Assembly: GCA_012026655.1 (NCBI GenBank)
Contig: JAAILG010000139.1
Coordinates: 62,001 to 126,000 of the forward strand
Reading direction: 5' to 3'
Length of the DNA: 64,000 nucleotides
Origin: Hydrolagus affinis
Taxonomy: Eukaryota
Below, in pieces: positions 49,944 to 63,583 of this stretch; positions within the stretch are counted from its first letter, which is position 1; every line of letters starts with the position of its first letter. The notes beneath the pieces are model-generated. The model saw only the letters and a program-made list of their open reading frames with translations. It did no database searches and had not been told where the DNA came from. The position numbers and the translations under genes are program-made.

Positions 49944-51469
49944 TACATGTATATCCAACACAACGGCATTACACAGGCACAAACACATTGGAGCCCTTTC
50001 CCAACATAAATAAAACTGCCAAGAGATTTACCTGAATGTCAAGAAACTTTACTTACAGCCTTGATTTGCGGCTTCTACTTTTATTATATACATTGATGGC
50101 TGGTCATTTAAAGCCTTCACCAATTTCCTTTGCGCACAGGCTGCAGGAAAGTATTCACAAGGTGAAGTCCCTGTACAAGTGCTCGTAATTAGGACATGGA
50201 TTGCTTTGCCACTAGGGATTAATGAAGCTAAGACCATTACGACATTGGAAAGAGAATGGGACAAGTACAGTATTTGGTTAGAAGAAAAAGATGGAGATAA
50301 GGTTAAGTAGCTCTAATGCAGGAGTAGTACCACTAAGACTTTATTGGGCTTAAACGTTTCAATGATTCTACTCCATCTAATTATTTATATTACGCGAATA
50401 ATTTATTGGAACAAGCGTCTCGATCATCAAGGAAACTGTTCAATGGTACAAACTGTATTAGAGTCCATGCGTAGGCTGCATGTCATTAAAATAAAGGACA
50501 TTTCTGCTGATGTGTTTTTAGAAACCATGGACTTTGGATTATTTTATTGACCGTCTATGAATTATCATCAGCCCTAAGAGAACTGCACAGCTTGGGTTAT
50601 TGAAGGGATAAACAGTATCAATCTTTGCAAAAGTCAATAATATGTACCTGGAGCGTAAGTTAAGAAGCTTCAGAGAATTGAAATTGCAATACTCTTCATG
50701 CAAGAGGGAGTTCTTAACACAAGAATTTGCTTTCTTTAGGTTTGAGCAAGCAAATGACAAGTTACGTGGGTTACTCAAGTGAAACAATTGAGTTAAGGTT
50801 CCATCCAGCAAATTTTCATTTCAGCAGAGCTATTTTCTTGACACCTCAGCAGTAAATAATTATAACAGTGTCGCTCATCTGTAGAGACAAGGGAACATTT
50901 CATGGGCTTAGCTGCAGAGGAAGCTTAAAACGGGTTCATATGAATGATTGTATTTCATAAATCTCATAGGGGAAGACACACATAAATGCCTCGTCAAATA
51001 CAACATTGGTAAGTGAAAAATACTACATTTGGTCTAAAGACACACTTCATAGGTGTACAATGAATGGGTTTGAACTGGCAGAGGGAGATTTGAAAAACTC
51101 TGGTGATGCTATCCTGCGTGAAGCGCACTATATAAATGCAAGTTGTTGTTGTTTTTGTTGTTGTTTGTAACCTTGTAAGAGACTTTGAAGTGAGAGTAGA
51201 GGTTCATATCTTTCAATGCGGGTGATCTCAAAAGTAGGATTACAACAGGATTCCGGCTTCCTGAGTCCTGGTGATACCACAATATGTCAGTTGGTAAGGT
51301 GTGCGTTCTGCACACATCAATAATACAGTAATAATAAAAATAATAATCCTTGCATTTGATATAGCGCTTTTCACAGCTTATCAACATCTCAAAGTGCTTC
51401 ACGAATATACTGTAAAGTGAAATGATTGCATATTTGTGGGTGAAATCAGATAAAATGGATGGAAAACCT

Positions 51470-51645
51470 TATCAATTTGGGATTAGGAAGAACTTTTTTT
51501 TTCAAAGCGTGATACAAGCTTGGAAAAGATCTGTAAAATGGAGATGCAAAGGTGACAAGGATGTTGAAAATGAAGCTGGAGGTATTATTGGGCAGTGGAA
51601 GGATAAGCTTCAATGGGCCAAATTGCCTTCGCTTGTTCATGACTC
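51470..51645 (+). mobile_element. Degraded CR1 3' end
   Basis: IRKNFFFQSVIQAWK resembles the CR1 terminal motif RxxFFxxRVxxxWN; TGGGCCAAATTGCCTTC tail. Similar relics at ~50170-50320, ~55590-55840, ~57520-57630 (+) and ~53400-53880, ~60765-60860 (-). Confidence 0.65.
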
Positions 51646-52152
51646 TTGAAATGTTCCTGCACATTGAATCAATGTCATCTTGAAGGGCTATTACAGTAAA
51701 AGCATAGGAAAAAGCATTTGCCTCAAATATTTTGAATCTATTAATGAATGCTGCTGGCAAAAACGAAAACAAGTCATTCATTGATGGCCAGGCGAGTGTA
51801 CTTTGGTGTACTTTGTGAAATGAAGGATTCACTTTGCCTGGTCTTTTCCCTTGTGATACCAACGAGCATTCAATATTTCTTAACGTTTGACGAATTTGAT
51901 TATGAGCGTTAACCCTGAGCTTTGTGCTCCGTTAAGAAGTGACAAATTAATAAATAACATTCAGTCAGGTCAAACTACCTGCAACGTATAACGTCAGTGA
52001 ACTCTTCATTTGGATAAATTGTTTATTCCTGACTTACAGACTAATCTTTTCCACATCCCACCCAATTATAATTTACGGAACTTTCTGCAAAATTGACTGC
52101 GGCAAAGGTTTGCAGTGGAATGTTTGTGAAATTGTATTTTTTGATACACAGT

Positions 52153-52700
52153 AATAACCCTTGCAAGTGATATATAGCACTTATCATATTATCAAGGCAT
52201 CTCAAAGAGCAGCACAGGATTGTCTGTAACTGTATTTGTAGACATTCGCACACTACAATATCCCACAAACAGTCATGAAGTGAATCGGGCAATTTTATCT
52301 GGGAATTCATTAGTGAGAACACAGGGAGAAACCCCTTTCTCTCCTTTCAAGTAGTGCTGTGATAATAATAATAATAATTACCCTTGCATTTGATACAGTG
52401 CCTTATCATATCTTCGAGACGTCTCAAAGCACCTCACAGAAGATACTGTAAAGTATACTGTAAATACTATAAATAAATATATTGGAAAGTGAATCGACTG
52501 TATATTTTTTGAGCGAAACACGGCAGCCAACACAGCAGTCGTGGCCCACAAACAGTCATGTGATCTTTTCGTCCACCTGAAGCTGCGGAAAGTACCTAAT
52601 ATTAATAATTATTATTATTACCTAGTATTTTGGTTTCATCTGAAGGATAGTACCACTGACTCCCACAGCACTGCATTTGAGTGTCGACCTAGACTATTAC
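52153..52700 (-). mobile_element. DeuSINE-like element with nested 5'-truncated SINE (52364-52558)
   Basis: Host sequence CAAGTAGTGC-TGTGAT-CTTTTCGTCCACCTGAA is interrupted; TGTGAT duplicated at 52358-52363 and 52559-52564. Confidence 0.8.
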
Positions 52701-55700
52701 CTCAAAGCCTCAACACTTTCATTGCAATGCATTTATGCTCACAGTGTATTTATATGTCTAAGGGGAAATTGAGCACTACAAACAAATAGCCAAATAATAG
52801 CCAATCCAAAATGTTGTGCAATTCACTGTATTGCTATTAGTCGACATTCTGCCAAAGTCACTACACTTCACAGTAAAATCCTGTGAAGTATTTGAGGTGC
52901 CTCAACAATGATATAAGGTGCTATATCAAATGCAAGGATTATGAAATCATATTTCTCGTAACATGCCATGACACTGATTGTATGCTGTAAGGTTTGTTAT
53001 GTGGAAGTTGAGCAAATTTTGAAACACAATGGAATTTCTGACTTGATTCTTTTGTGTTAAAAGCAGTTGTAAAATAAATCAAGCACACATCAGAACAAAT
53101 AGAACTCAAGAGGAACATAGGGGGAAGGAATCAGAATTCAGGACGAATAAAGGGCATTCAATTCAGCTCAATAAAGCGTAACTGGCCAGAACATTAATTT
53201 TCTCCTTGTGCCGTTTAATCATATTTTGAATTATTTCAGCACTCCAAGACGCTACCCAGTGTGAAGGGCGCTTTATAAATGCAAATTGTTGTTGACATAA
53301 TCGAATGTATTGGCCTTGTTATTTTTCTTGGTAGATTCCAAATATTTATAGTCCTTCGAATAACCATTTTCTTCCTGATATCTGTGCGCCGTTTGATTTT
53401 CACAGATCTCCATTTCTGTCCTCTGGGTCTAAGGTTATCTAGTTTACCTTATCTATAACCATTATAACGGCTGGTGGTGAGATCATACCATGAACTGCCT
53501 TTTGGTCAGACATGCAACTTAAAAGATCCTTAATCGTTCTTCTTTCTCTTGTCTGGAATCAGTCCTGACGTGCTTTTGAAACAAAAGTGAATGTGTTGAA
53601 GACTTGTTACCCAAAGTTGACCACGGTATTTCAGAGTATCAGAACATTGTAAATTCTTTCTGTACCGTTCTGATTATATATTTTAACATCCCATTAGCTT
53701 GAATCCCACATTGTCTTGACTACACTAATACATCACCCCCAGGTTACTTTCTGTCTCCTGTGCTTATTTAATCCCAGTCACTTCGCTTTTATGTCCCACA
53801 TTTTTTCTACACTTTATACTTTGCCCAATACTTTATACTTATCGTCAATGTTAAATGTAATGTGCCATGTGTCTGCCCAATTCATTGGGCAGACACATGG
53901 CACATTACAAAAATCCAGCAGCCATTGTTATATGAAAGTCTTCAGCATATAGGAATGGCAAATGAAGGCAGTAGGAAGCCCAGTATGACATGCCATAAAG
54001 ATCAATCGTATGACATTTGTTCAGGCTCACAGGTAAACTGTGAGCTCACAGCCACTCGATCAAAGTAACTGTACTAGAGGGGGATTGTATTGAGTGGAAC
54101 CAATCTCAGGAGAAGGAATAAAAAGAAATGAAAACCTTCAGGAGAGGACGGGAGGAAAATGAAAGCAGAACATTTTTGAGGAAGGACACAACTGCAGAAG
54201 ATACTTACATTATGATTATTATTATGGATATCGTAATGATTATAAGTACCAGGTTAGATCCCGAGATTCTAGCAACTATGCTACAGAAACCCTGACTGAC
54301 TGTCCTGTATCGTACCTAGCAAGGTTTGCTGCTCTCGCCTAAGATAACTGAGCTGGAGGGGAAGGAAAGAATGAGAGACAAGATGAGAATGATATGTACC
54401 TGCATCAGTCAAGTACACATCCCGGCAAATCAGTCTTCTGCCAGCTGGGAAGAACTTCCCCTCGAGCAAAACATGACAGCAAATGAAGCTGATCCAATCC
54501 TCAGCTGCAGCAGCTGCTATTTTTAGTGATTCCTTGTTAACGTTATCAATCCCAAGATTCTTTTTCTTTACGTTACTAATGCCCGATCTCAAAGGTAGAT
54601 TGACAGCCATTTGATGATGCTCTTGTCAGTGTTTCCTTTCATTGCCAACAATGTACGTACATTGGTAGAATTTCAATTGAGCACTGCTCCCCAAAGTGTC
54701 CACCCTCCATTGACAGATCTCCTCAAACAATGCGATGAAGTGCCATTGTTTATCCCACTGTGAAATAGGTAACGGCAAGCTCTGTTTTGTTAACCGTTTT
54801 GACCAGACTAGTCTGATCACCACACTATGTTGCATTTCCATTTCATACAGACATTTTTTTGTTTTAGGTAATGAAAAGATTTCATATCAAAAAATGACCC
54901 GTTTTGGAGTTTAATATAAATAACTGTTGTTGTCCACCCAGTTTGATACTGAAATGAAAGCGTGGAACTGGAAACAAGCAAAGTAGTGATTTCTGGTACA
55001 TTTCCAAGCCATTCCAACAATTTTTCTCTGACATTTTCATTTGGTATTTTCAGTTTGGTTTGAACATTCATAAGCATGGTGATGGGTTTCCGCATGTGTC
55101 AGACACTCGGCTGACAAACAAAAAACAAACAATTTCAAACCCATTGTCGGATCCCTATTGTTGTGGTTCCAAGGATTGCACTACATATTTGAACTTCAAA
55201 TGCTACTCAAATATCCCAAAGCGCTTCACAGGATTTTACTCTAAAGTGTGGTATTTGTGGGTGAACGCAGCTGGTAATTTGCGCACCAGAACATCCCACA
55301 AACCGGCATGGAATAAATCATCAGTTTTACCTGGATATTCACTTTTTCCATTACAACAACTGAATTACATTGATAGAGCGCCTTTCACGTCGGGAGGACC
55401 TCCCAAGGCGCTGAACACAAACATACTTCTAGTATTTCATGAGGAGAGACACTGAAGAAGTTTCTCCAAATGGTTTGGAAAACTACGTGTTTTGAGAAGG
55501 TCCATCTTGAGGAACAACAGCGTGTATGGGGAAGACCAACACACAGTCTCGGTTCACCAGATATCTTGGAACCTGACTCATAAATTAAGCGATAAGTTCC
55601 GACAAGTAAAATAAGAGTCACGAGGTTTAGAAGAGTTGCAACGGTTGCTAAGAATACTGAATGCATAGGAAGCAGAGCTCCTGATAGCATTTAAGGGTGA

Positions 55701-57094
55701 ATTGGATCAACATATTATTGAAAGGTACAAGGGAAACAGTACAGGGAACAGGATTAGAGCAGACAGCTGCATTGGAGAGCAAGCACAAGTGAACCCAGTG
55801 ACCTATTCCATCCTGGAAACTTTTTAAGATTCTATGATTGATAGCCTAGAGTCTTACTGATTTTCCCCAAGGTAAGCATATTTGCAGCTGAGGTTACAAA
55901 TAAGGGCTAAATCAGAACTGAAGTAGTAGAAACTTTTTGTAAAGCTCTTAAAAATCATTCGTGCAGCCGTCAGGATTCCTGATATTTTATTCAATACCCT
56001 TATATCTATTCACAAGACTGACAATGAGCCAAAAATGCACAGCAAATTCTGAATAGGGCACTTACGGGTATAAAACAAATTGCAGGCAAATCACAAGGAC
56101 CAGAGGTTTAAGAGTTCATAGTTGTTGTGGTGAGAAGAAAAAAAAAACACCTTGAAAATTTCCCCCCCCCACTAGACTGTCCGAAAGTGTCCTTCCCTGC
56201 TCAGCTGCATTAGCAACGAAGATGAAAGCCATTCTGTTGCTGCACCCAACGTGGGAAAGGGATAAAAACCATAGTGAAATGTCAAATTATTTCTACTTTT
56301 TTGGTAGCTTAGCCGGTAAACAAAATGTCTCTCTTTAAATTGGCCATTGAAGGTACAAGGAAGGAGCGTTTATGCGAGAATGCAGTCATGCTTCATCACC
56401 TGCGTCCCAGGGGATTTAATGACGTGCCGCTGGCTGGTAAGAGAGAGAACGATTTCACTGCAATCACTCAGCCTGTCAGGGTTATCCTGCGCGGGGAGGA
56501 GAGGAAGGTGATCTGTGCCTTTCTGCTGCTGGATACGAAATCGAGACTTTTAAAAAAGCATTTGTAAAAATCGAGACAAAACAGTAAATAAACTGCAAGA
56601 AGAAATCATGTTCCGGGCATCACTAAAGCTACATAACTAATAATAATAATAATAATAATCCACGCATTGATATAGATATAGCGCCTTATCAAGTCATTGG
56701 AACGTCTCAGAGAGCTTCACAGAATATTCCGTAAAGTGAATTGACTGTATTTTTGTGGACAAAATCTGTAGCAATTGCGTGACAATGTTTCTTCAAACCA
56801 AGGCTTTACTTATTCTCATTCGTGTTCCCTTTTAAAGAGAACAAACGCCAAGCCCGTTTGCCTTTTTCAGCAATCTTGTTGTTTCCCCCCTCATTGACCA
56901 TCGGCTGGGATGTCGGTGTACCATGGTTCTAAGCTCAGATCATTCATTATTTCACACTGTGTTCCTTAGAGTACCTAAATGAACTCCACCAAATGTATTC
57001 AAAGCTGCATTGATGAGACACTACAACCAGAAAATAAAACCATAGTAATTCTATTGGATGCAAGGAGCAGAATGAAAGGACAACAGGTTCATAC

Positions 57095-57405
57095 TAATAA
57101 TAATCCTTGCATTTGGTATAGTGCTCTTCACATCATTTAGACGTCTCATAGCGCTTCACAGAATATACTGTAAAGTGAATTGACTGTATATTTTGTGGGC
57201 GAAACGCGGTAGCCAATTGCGCACAGCAGTGTCCAACAAACAGTCAAGGATTGAAATGACCAATTTAGTATTGTGTATTTTTTTGAGGGTTTATTATCAG
57301 GTGTATGGAATAAGGAAACTTGCCCAAGGTTTCCTCCTGCCTGGAATCGATCCCAGGGCTCTCACTTGCAAGGCAAGTGCTCTAACTACTGAGCTACAGG
57401 ACTCC
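57095..57405 (-). mobile_element. Full-length tRNA-headed SINE, short form
   Basis: Reverse head GGAGTCCTGTAGCTCAGTAGTTAGAGCACTTGCCTTGCAAG; complete body and tail. Confidence 0.95.
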
Positions 57406-58054
57406 TTGGTTGCAATGGGTATTTTTAGGGTGGACACTAGAAATATTTTTTAAAACCAGAGGTTAATTAGTGACTGGAACATTTTTGCCAGGAAGGATCG
57501 TTGAGGCCAGGACTCTAGATTCATTTTTTTTAAAATAGCTTGATGCGATGGGGTGGGAGGACAGAAATGTGGGTCTTTTAGAAGGAGTGAATGAGATCGA
57601 ATGGGCAAAAAGGCCGTCTTCATCTAAACCTTTCTTTAGCACCAGGAACAGGAGTCGTTCATTCCGAACCAACAGAAGGCTGAACATTTAGCTCTGGATT
57701 GTAGCACATTAAATGGTCTGTATAGAATTGGGGAAAGTGCAATCTTCAAACTGCCTATAAAGGAAACGTGAGTGAAATTGTTACAGACTTCAGAATGTTA
57801 TCAAGTTTCCAACACAGCTAAGCTCTTTCTCTTCAAGGCGCACTCATTGATGTGAATCGGCAGTAGATGTTCAGATTCCAAGTTAATCAAGCTCAGATTT
57901 AATATATTTATATGGTAGTTTTAATGCTACAAAAATATGTAATTACCAGTCTGGAAAACAAAATATCATCTAAATGTGGTCAGCTCCTGACACCAATCCT
58001 TATACAATTATTACAGCTTTTACACCATAGGATTTTGTATGCATTTGTTTAATA

Positions 58055-58365
58055 ATAAAATAATAATAATCCTTGCATTTGATATAGCGCTTTTCATGTC
58101 TTCCAGATGTCTCAAAGTGCTTCACAGAATATATATGTAAAGTGAATTGACTGTATATTTGTGGGCTGAACGCGGCAGCCAATTGCACACAGCATTGTCT
58201 CACTCAATTCAGTCGTGGATTGAAATGACAATTTTTTTTTTTAGGGATTATTATTAGGCATGTGGAGTAAGGAAACTTGGCCAAGGTTTCGCCCTGACCT
58301 GCTTGGATTCGAACACAGGTCTCACACTTGTAAGGTTCTAATCACTGAGCTCCTACTACATTCCT
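58055..58365 (-). mobile_element. Full-length tRNA-headed SINE, short form
   Basis: GGTTTCGCCCTGACCTGCTTGGATTCGAACACAGGTCTC; body and tail. Confidence 0.93.
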
Positions 58366-58801
58366 TATCAATTCTTGCTCTACAAATTCATCTCATCATC
58401 AGCCTTACTTTACTACTGCATCCAGAAAGACCATCTAGTTTTACATCTCCTCTGTTGTCTTGCAACAGATATGATCAACATGTCTGTTAAAGTAATGTTA
58501 GGACACACACACACCACAAAGATGTGATTTAATGTTAAAGATCCTGATACTCCCATTCTACAATAGCTAAGGTTTGCAGATGTTATCAGCAACATTTCAT
58601 TTAAAGGCATAGCAGCAAAAAAACATGTTCAATACTTTTCTATTGTAAGCAAAAATGCATAGCAGTGGAAAAGCACAATGGTCATCTTAAGACTTTCATC
58701 GATTTACAACGTTAAAGTGGTTCATATTTCATGCTGCCAAAGTGAAGCAATAGTGTATTTCACATCATTCTTATGTCAAGAATAACCCTCCCAAGCAAAA
58801 C

Positions 58802-59105
58802 AGTTCTGCAGCTCAGTGGTTAGAGCACTCGCCTTACAAGCTTGAGACCTGTGTTTGGAACCCAGGCAGGTCAGGGTGAAACTTTGGGTAAGTTTCCTTG
58901 CTCGTCTAATAATAATCCCTCCTAAACAAACTTATAATAAAATGGTAATTTCAATCCATGACTGTTTGTGGGACACTGCTGTGCGTAATTAGCTGCCACG
59001 TTTCCCCACAAATATACAATCAATTCACTTTACAGTATACTCTGTGAAGCGCTTTGAGACATCTAGAAGAGCTCTATATCAAGTGCAAGGATTATTATTA
59101 TTTTT
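58802..59105 (+). mobile_element. Full-length tRNA-headed SINE, short form
   Basis: GCAGCTCAGTGGTTAGAGCACTCGCCTTACAAG..CAGGCAGGTCAGGGTGAAAC..tail. Confidence 0.93.
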
Positions 59106-59584
59106 ATTAATAAAGGATCTCTGAAAAACTATTTTTGAAAATCCCAAACATCTGCAAAGACAACTGATCACGAGTGATCATTAGGAGACGTATTCAGCTT
59201 AAAGCAAAAATCGGTCTGTGATGTTTCCTTCTTGTTCAAGGTCTTTAGAGGGCCTATTTTTGCGTCATTTCAACTCTAGCTAATTTTAACCTCCTATACC
59301 GCACTCATTTTCCAAATTGCTCTTGAAAATTATTGTAGGAAAAAACTGCAGTGCATTTTATTCAAACAAATCTATAATTATGCAAGATGAATTTCATTTG
59401 CTGCATTAAGTTAATCTCCAGGCTACCCTTTTCCATGCTCTGGAAATGCATGCATTAGAATTAGATGAAATATACCAGCACAGAGCTTGGGTAGGATAAG
59501 CTGGGACCAGAACATAATGTAAGCATAGAAGGTCATTGAGTCCACCAGTTCTGCAGAGTCCTCACTTCCCACGTGAGCAGGTTT

Positions 59585-59913
59585 TTCTTTAGCTTGGTGG
59601 TTAGAGCACTTGCCTCGCAAGTGGGAGGACCTGGTTTCGATTCCCGTTAGGGCGAAACCTTAGGCAAGTTTTCTTATTCCACATGCCTCTGTTTACCTAG
59701 CAAAATACCATCTGAGTAGGAAGTTAGAAACTTAGTCGTATGGCATATCGCTTTTCCCGGGGTAATAATTTATTTGAAATAAATTTTAAAAATTGATAAT
59801 AATGTCACATAATCTACAACCTTTGGTGTGAAATTGCTATGAGCAATTGGCTTCACTTTACAGTATATTCCGACGTCTCGAGGAGCTATATCAGATGCAA
59901 GAATTATTATTAT
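59585..59913 (+). mobile_element. tRNA-headed SINE, long form, diverged
   Basis: TAGCTTGGTGGTTAGAGCACTTGCCTCGCAAG..GCCTCTGTTTACCTAGCA..AGTAGGAA. Confidence 0.88.
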
Positions 59914-62164
59914 AATGACCTTCTATGCTATGCAAGAATTATTATGCTAGAATTATTATTATTATATTTCTGAATGGTATATAATACACCAGTCTGCAGT
60001 AACAAATCAAACTGGCCATTCACTTCATGTCTGTCTGCAAATTGGTTGCCATATTCACCGATATATTACAGTCAGTGCACTTCACACTGTGAAGATATTT
60101 GAGACATCTTTCCTACCTGTATGATACAATATCAAGTCAAAAGATTATTATTATAATCTATGTACAGGTAGTGTGTTTCCCCAGGCCTATTAATACTTTT
60201 TATTGACTTGTTTATTCTAATTTCTCCTTTAGACTCTAGTAAACATCAAGCATTTTATTTAAATCCGGTTGTTCCGATTTCGCTAATGATTGGAAATAAT
60301 CTTTCACTGTTTATCCTCTCAAAAATGGTCGCAACTTTAATACGTACTTCTATTTGATGCTTTCTTAAAGTTCTATGTAAGCCTTTCTTCTGTCTATAAG
60401 ATCTCATCGCTCATCACATTTCCAATTATAAATAGACAATAACCAGGTGAATCTCACAGACGTTTTCTTCCTGCATTCTGGCATCTGTATTGGTTTAACG
60501 ACAAACAAAACCATGGATTTCCATTCTAATTTTAAACACTTAGGTTGATAGGCGGTCAATTACAAACAAAATTTGATCCTATTAAGATACAATTTAAATG
60601 ACATTTATATGGCACCTGTCACACTTTTCACAAGGACACCTCAAAGTGTTTGGCCATGCTTGGCTGGGCATCCAAACCAAAGTGGGTTGACGAAGGGAAA
60701 GCTGCCCAAAAGTATGGACACATAGGTACATTTTGAGATGGGCCAAGAGATGAAGTCGTCATTGAATCTTACAGCACAGGAGGAGGCAATTTGGACAAAA
60801 TGCTTGTGCCAGCTCTCTAAAAGAGCCATCCAATTAGTTCCACTCCCTTGCTCTTCCACCAGTTCATCGTAGTGGTCATATGAACTCCCAGTGAGAATTG
60901 CTTTGGACGTGAATCTAAAATTCCAAATGAATACAATAAAAAGTTACTTGCGCTTTTCGCTTTTGCGCTTCCTTTTTTTTAAAAGGAAAATTGGCAACCT
61001 TACTGAAACACGTTTTCTACTTGCAGCTAACCAGCTGTCCTCACCTGCACATGGGGACAAGAAAACCACATCATTATAGCGCTCACATGGAGCTGGCTGT
61101 TTTGCGTTCATTAGTCTGTAGAGTCCAATTATTTCGCTCTCAGTTCCTACTCTGAAGTAAAGTTGAGTGACAACCAGCGGCTTAATTGGCAAGAAAACGA
61201 TACAAGATTAAAATATGCATTGTCCTGAAAATAGGTTCTGTGACTGGAAGATAGCGTAATTAGCGGTGAAATAAAATTGTGTAGCTGAGTATTACTCCAG
61301 TTCTGTAGCACCTTAAATGCTGATTTACGATGGGGGAAAGGCCTGTTTTGTATTAATATTACTCGCCAATGATCAAAAGCAGATGAAAACAGGAACACGA
61401 TAACCGTATAGTGTAAAACTAATCTACTTATAATTAGAATAACAGAGAAACGATGATAGTTCATCTAAATTTAGAAAACAATATGCATATAAATTGAACT
61501 ATAATGTACAGCACCAAGACTTTGTATAATTAAAATGAAATATTTGTATAATAAAATTCACATTCATGCAAAAACTTGTTCCGCATTGCGGTTTAACTGT
61601 TTTACGAAGAGACATTATAACAAATCACAAGCCATTAATGTTCAGCAGTATACACCGAATTGAAAATAAGTCACGCGTGTAATAATTCGAGGCACAGTGG
61701 GACTACTTTAAATCTTTTTAGATTCAGGAGCTGGGCAGGATGAAGGGACATACAAATCGAAGAGGAGAAATCTGCTTTGTGCCATATGCCAGGCGTGAAC
61801 AAGTAATCCTCACTGGGAATAATACAAGATAAGGCTGTCTATTGGTGAAGACACGTATATGCTATGATTTGCCCGATATCTGGTGGGCTGGACTCCTCTC
61901 TTGCTGTCAAAATATCAATGTGGGTTTTTTTTTTAAAAGTGATCGAGCGACTATTGTTCACCCCTGCCAGAGTATCGCTTGAACACTTCTGTCAGACACT
62001 GTCTTAGAATGAAGCAGGGATGAAACGCTGCCCTGGCTACCAGCTATATAAGCGAGCAGTTTCCTCACTCGCTTAAAAAGATAAAGTGTGCCGTCAATAC
62101 TGAATCTGCAAATCAATTCCCCAGACACTGGGGAGTCAATTTTTACTCCTATTTCAGTTCTTTA

Positions 62165-62445
62165 TTATAATAATAATAATAAATAATAATAATCCTTGCA
62201 TTTGATGCAGCACTTTGGAAGCATGGCACCTCCATAGTAAAAGGATTTCACTGCGAAGTGTAGTGACTTTATTTGTATGCAAACGCAGCAGCCAATTTGC
62301 ACCCAGCGATGTCCCATCACCAGCCATGAAGTGAATGCACGATTTTATTTGGGAGTAGCAACATGGGATCCTTTATGTCTGTTTGAACAGGCAGTTGGGA
62401 TCTCGGTTTAGTTACTTCATTCAAAGGACTGCACCTCCGACAAAG
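62165..62445 (-). mobile_element. DeuSINE-like element with (ATT)n tail
   Basis: Tail AATCCTTGCATTTGAT, CAGCCATGAAGTGAATG, CATGGGATCCTTTATGTCTGTTTGAACAGGCAG..CTCGGTTTA..GCACCTCCGACA. Confidence 0.75.
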
Positions 62446-63583
62446 CAAAACTGCCTGGAAGACGAGAGTTTTAAAGGGCATATTTTAACCGTATTTTCTG
62501 GTGATTCAGAAAAGCGTTCTTTAAGCAAGGAACGGCACAGGATTCAGAACACCACACCTCTTCACGCCCAATCAATTTAAATGATTCAGCATATTCATAG
62601 TTAAAAATCAGTCTGGGTTAAAGGTCTGTGTACTGTAGTGACTCTGAAGTCAAATACACTCGGATGCTTCTCAATCTTTGCAATGTTCCATTTATCGCAG
62701 GTCTGCTGAAGACATGATCTTGTTATTAATAATAATGATGATCCTTGCGTTTGATGTAGCGCCTGGATCGTGTTAATTAGACATATTAAAGCGCTTCACG
62801 GCATGGAGTGAAAAGTGAATTGACTGTATATTTTGTGGGCGAATCGCAGCAGTGAGCTGCGCACATAAATTACAAAGCTCTCACTGCAGTGAATTTGCAG
62901 CAAAAGTCCACGTTACTTGAAACGTGCCTATTAAATTTAAATGCGTGAAAGTTATTAAAATCTAACTAATTTGGCATGATTGATTAAATTTATGCTCCAC
63001 TGATCACACTGCAGCTGTGGCTTTTATTTAGTAATTTCAGTGTACCCATTTTATTAGCGCAATGATTTACTTTTTCAAATTAATATATTTTAGACACTCT
63101 CCCAAACTAAGATGCATTGACAAGCCTTGTTAAATACCTGCAGTCTATGAATTTGACTAGGAATTTCATATTGTGTTTGGGGATTTAACCCTTCAAGCTT
63201 TGAAAGCCTTTTCCACGTTTCAAACTACTGTATCCTATTTCCTTTTGGTCAGGCGGGTGTGTCTGACAGATGCGGAAACCCATCACCCTGCTGAAGAGCA
63301 TCCGAACCAAACAGAGAATTCCACGCATCCTACGCGTATATGGAAATCCCGGAGATAGACTGTTGGAACGGAATGCGCACTTATCTTGCTTACCTAATTC
63401 TGGAAAGTGTTAGGCGCAGTCTGGCAAGAGGCAAGGCTTGTGGGGGGGACCCCAGAGTGTGCGTTGAAATATCAAAATTTCATGAAGGGCATTATCTAAA
63501 TACAAGGTGTAGTAGTTGCAGTATAGAAAGTCAGGAAATTAAACATGGATCCTATTTACAGTCAGCATAGTGATTGAAGAGTA

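Larger units (their letters stand above)
320..62865. repeat. Dispersed family summary: about 40 full or truncated copies of a tRNA-headed SINE (SINE2-1_CM-like) on both strands
   Basis: Recurrent body GACTGTTTGTGGGACACTGCTGTGCGCAATTGGCTGCCGCGTTTCGCCCACAAA..CAGTCAATTCACTTTACAG..GCGCTATATCAAATGCAAGG(ATT)n. Further fragments at approx 320-445+, 1230-1340+, 5375-5520+, 8820-9000+, 10095-10225+, 13410-13510-, 15590-15900+, 17310-17550+, 18990-19107+, 20160-20450+, 21075-21197+, 26410-26620-, 27490-27670-, 29670-29815-, 30465-30650-, 32400-32570-, 33220-33320-, 33530-33690-, 34430-34520-, 38775-38890-, 39150-39245+, 46670-46800-, 47075-47245+, 48575-48685+, 51335-51445-, 52800-52945+, 56635-56800-, 60010-60155+, 62725-62865-. 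Confidence 0.9.

Noticed and set aside
62044-62074. TATATAAG followed by Inr-like TCACTC
   Set aside because: Spacing is about 22 nt rather than ~30, and no downstream exon or ORF
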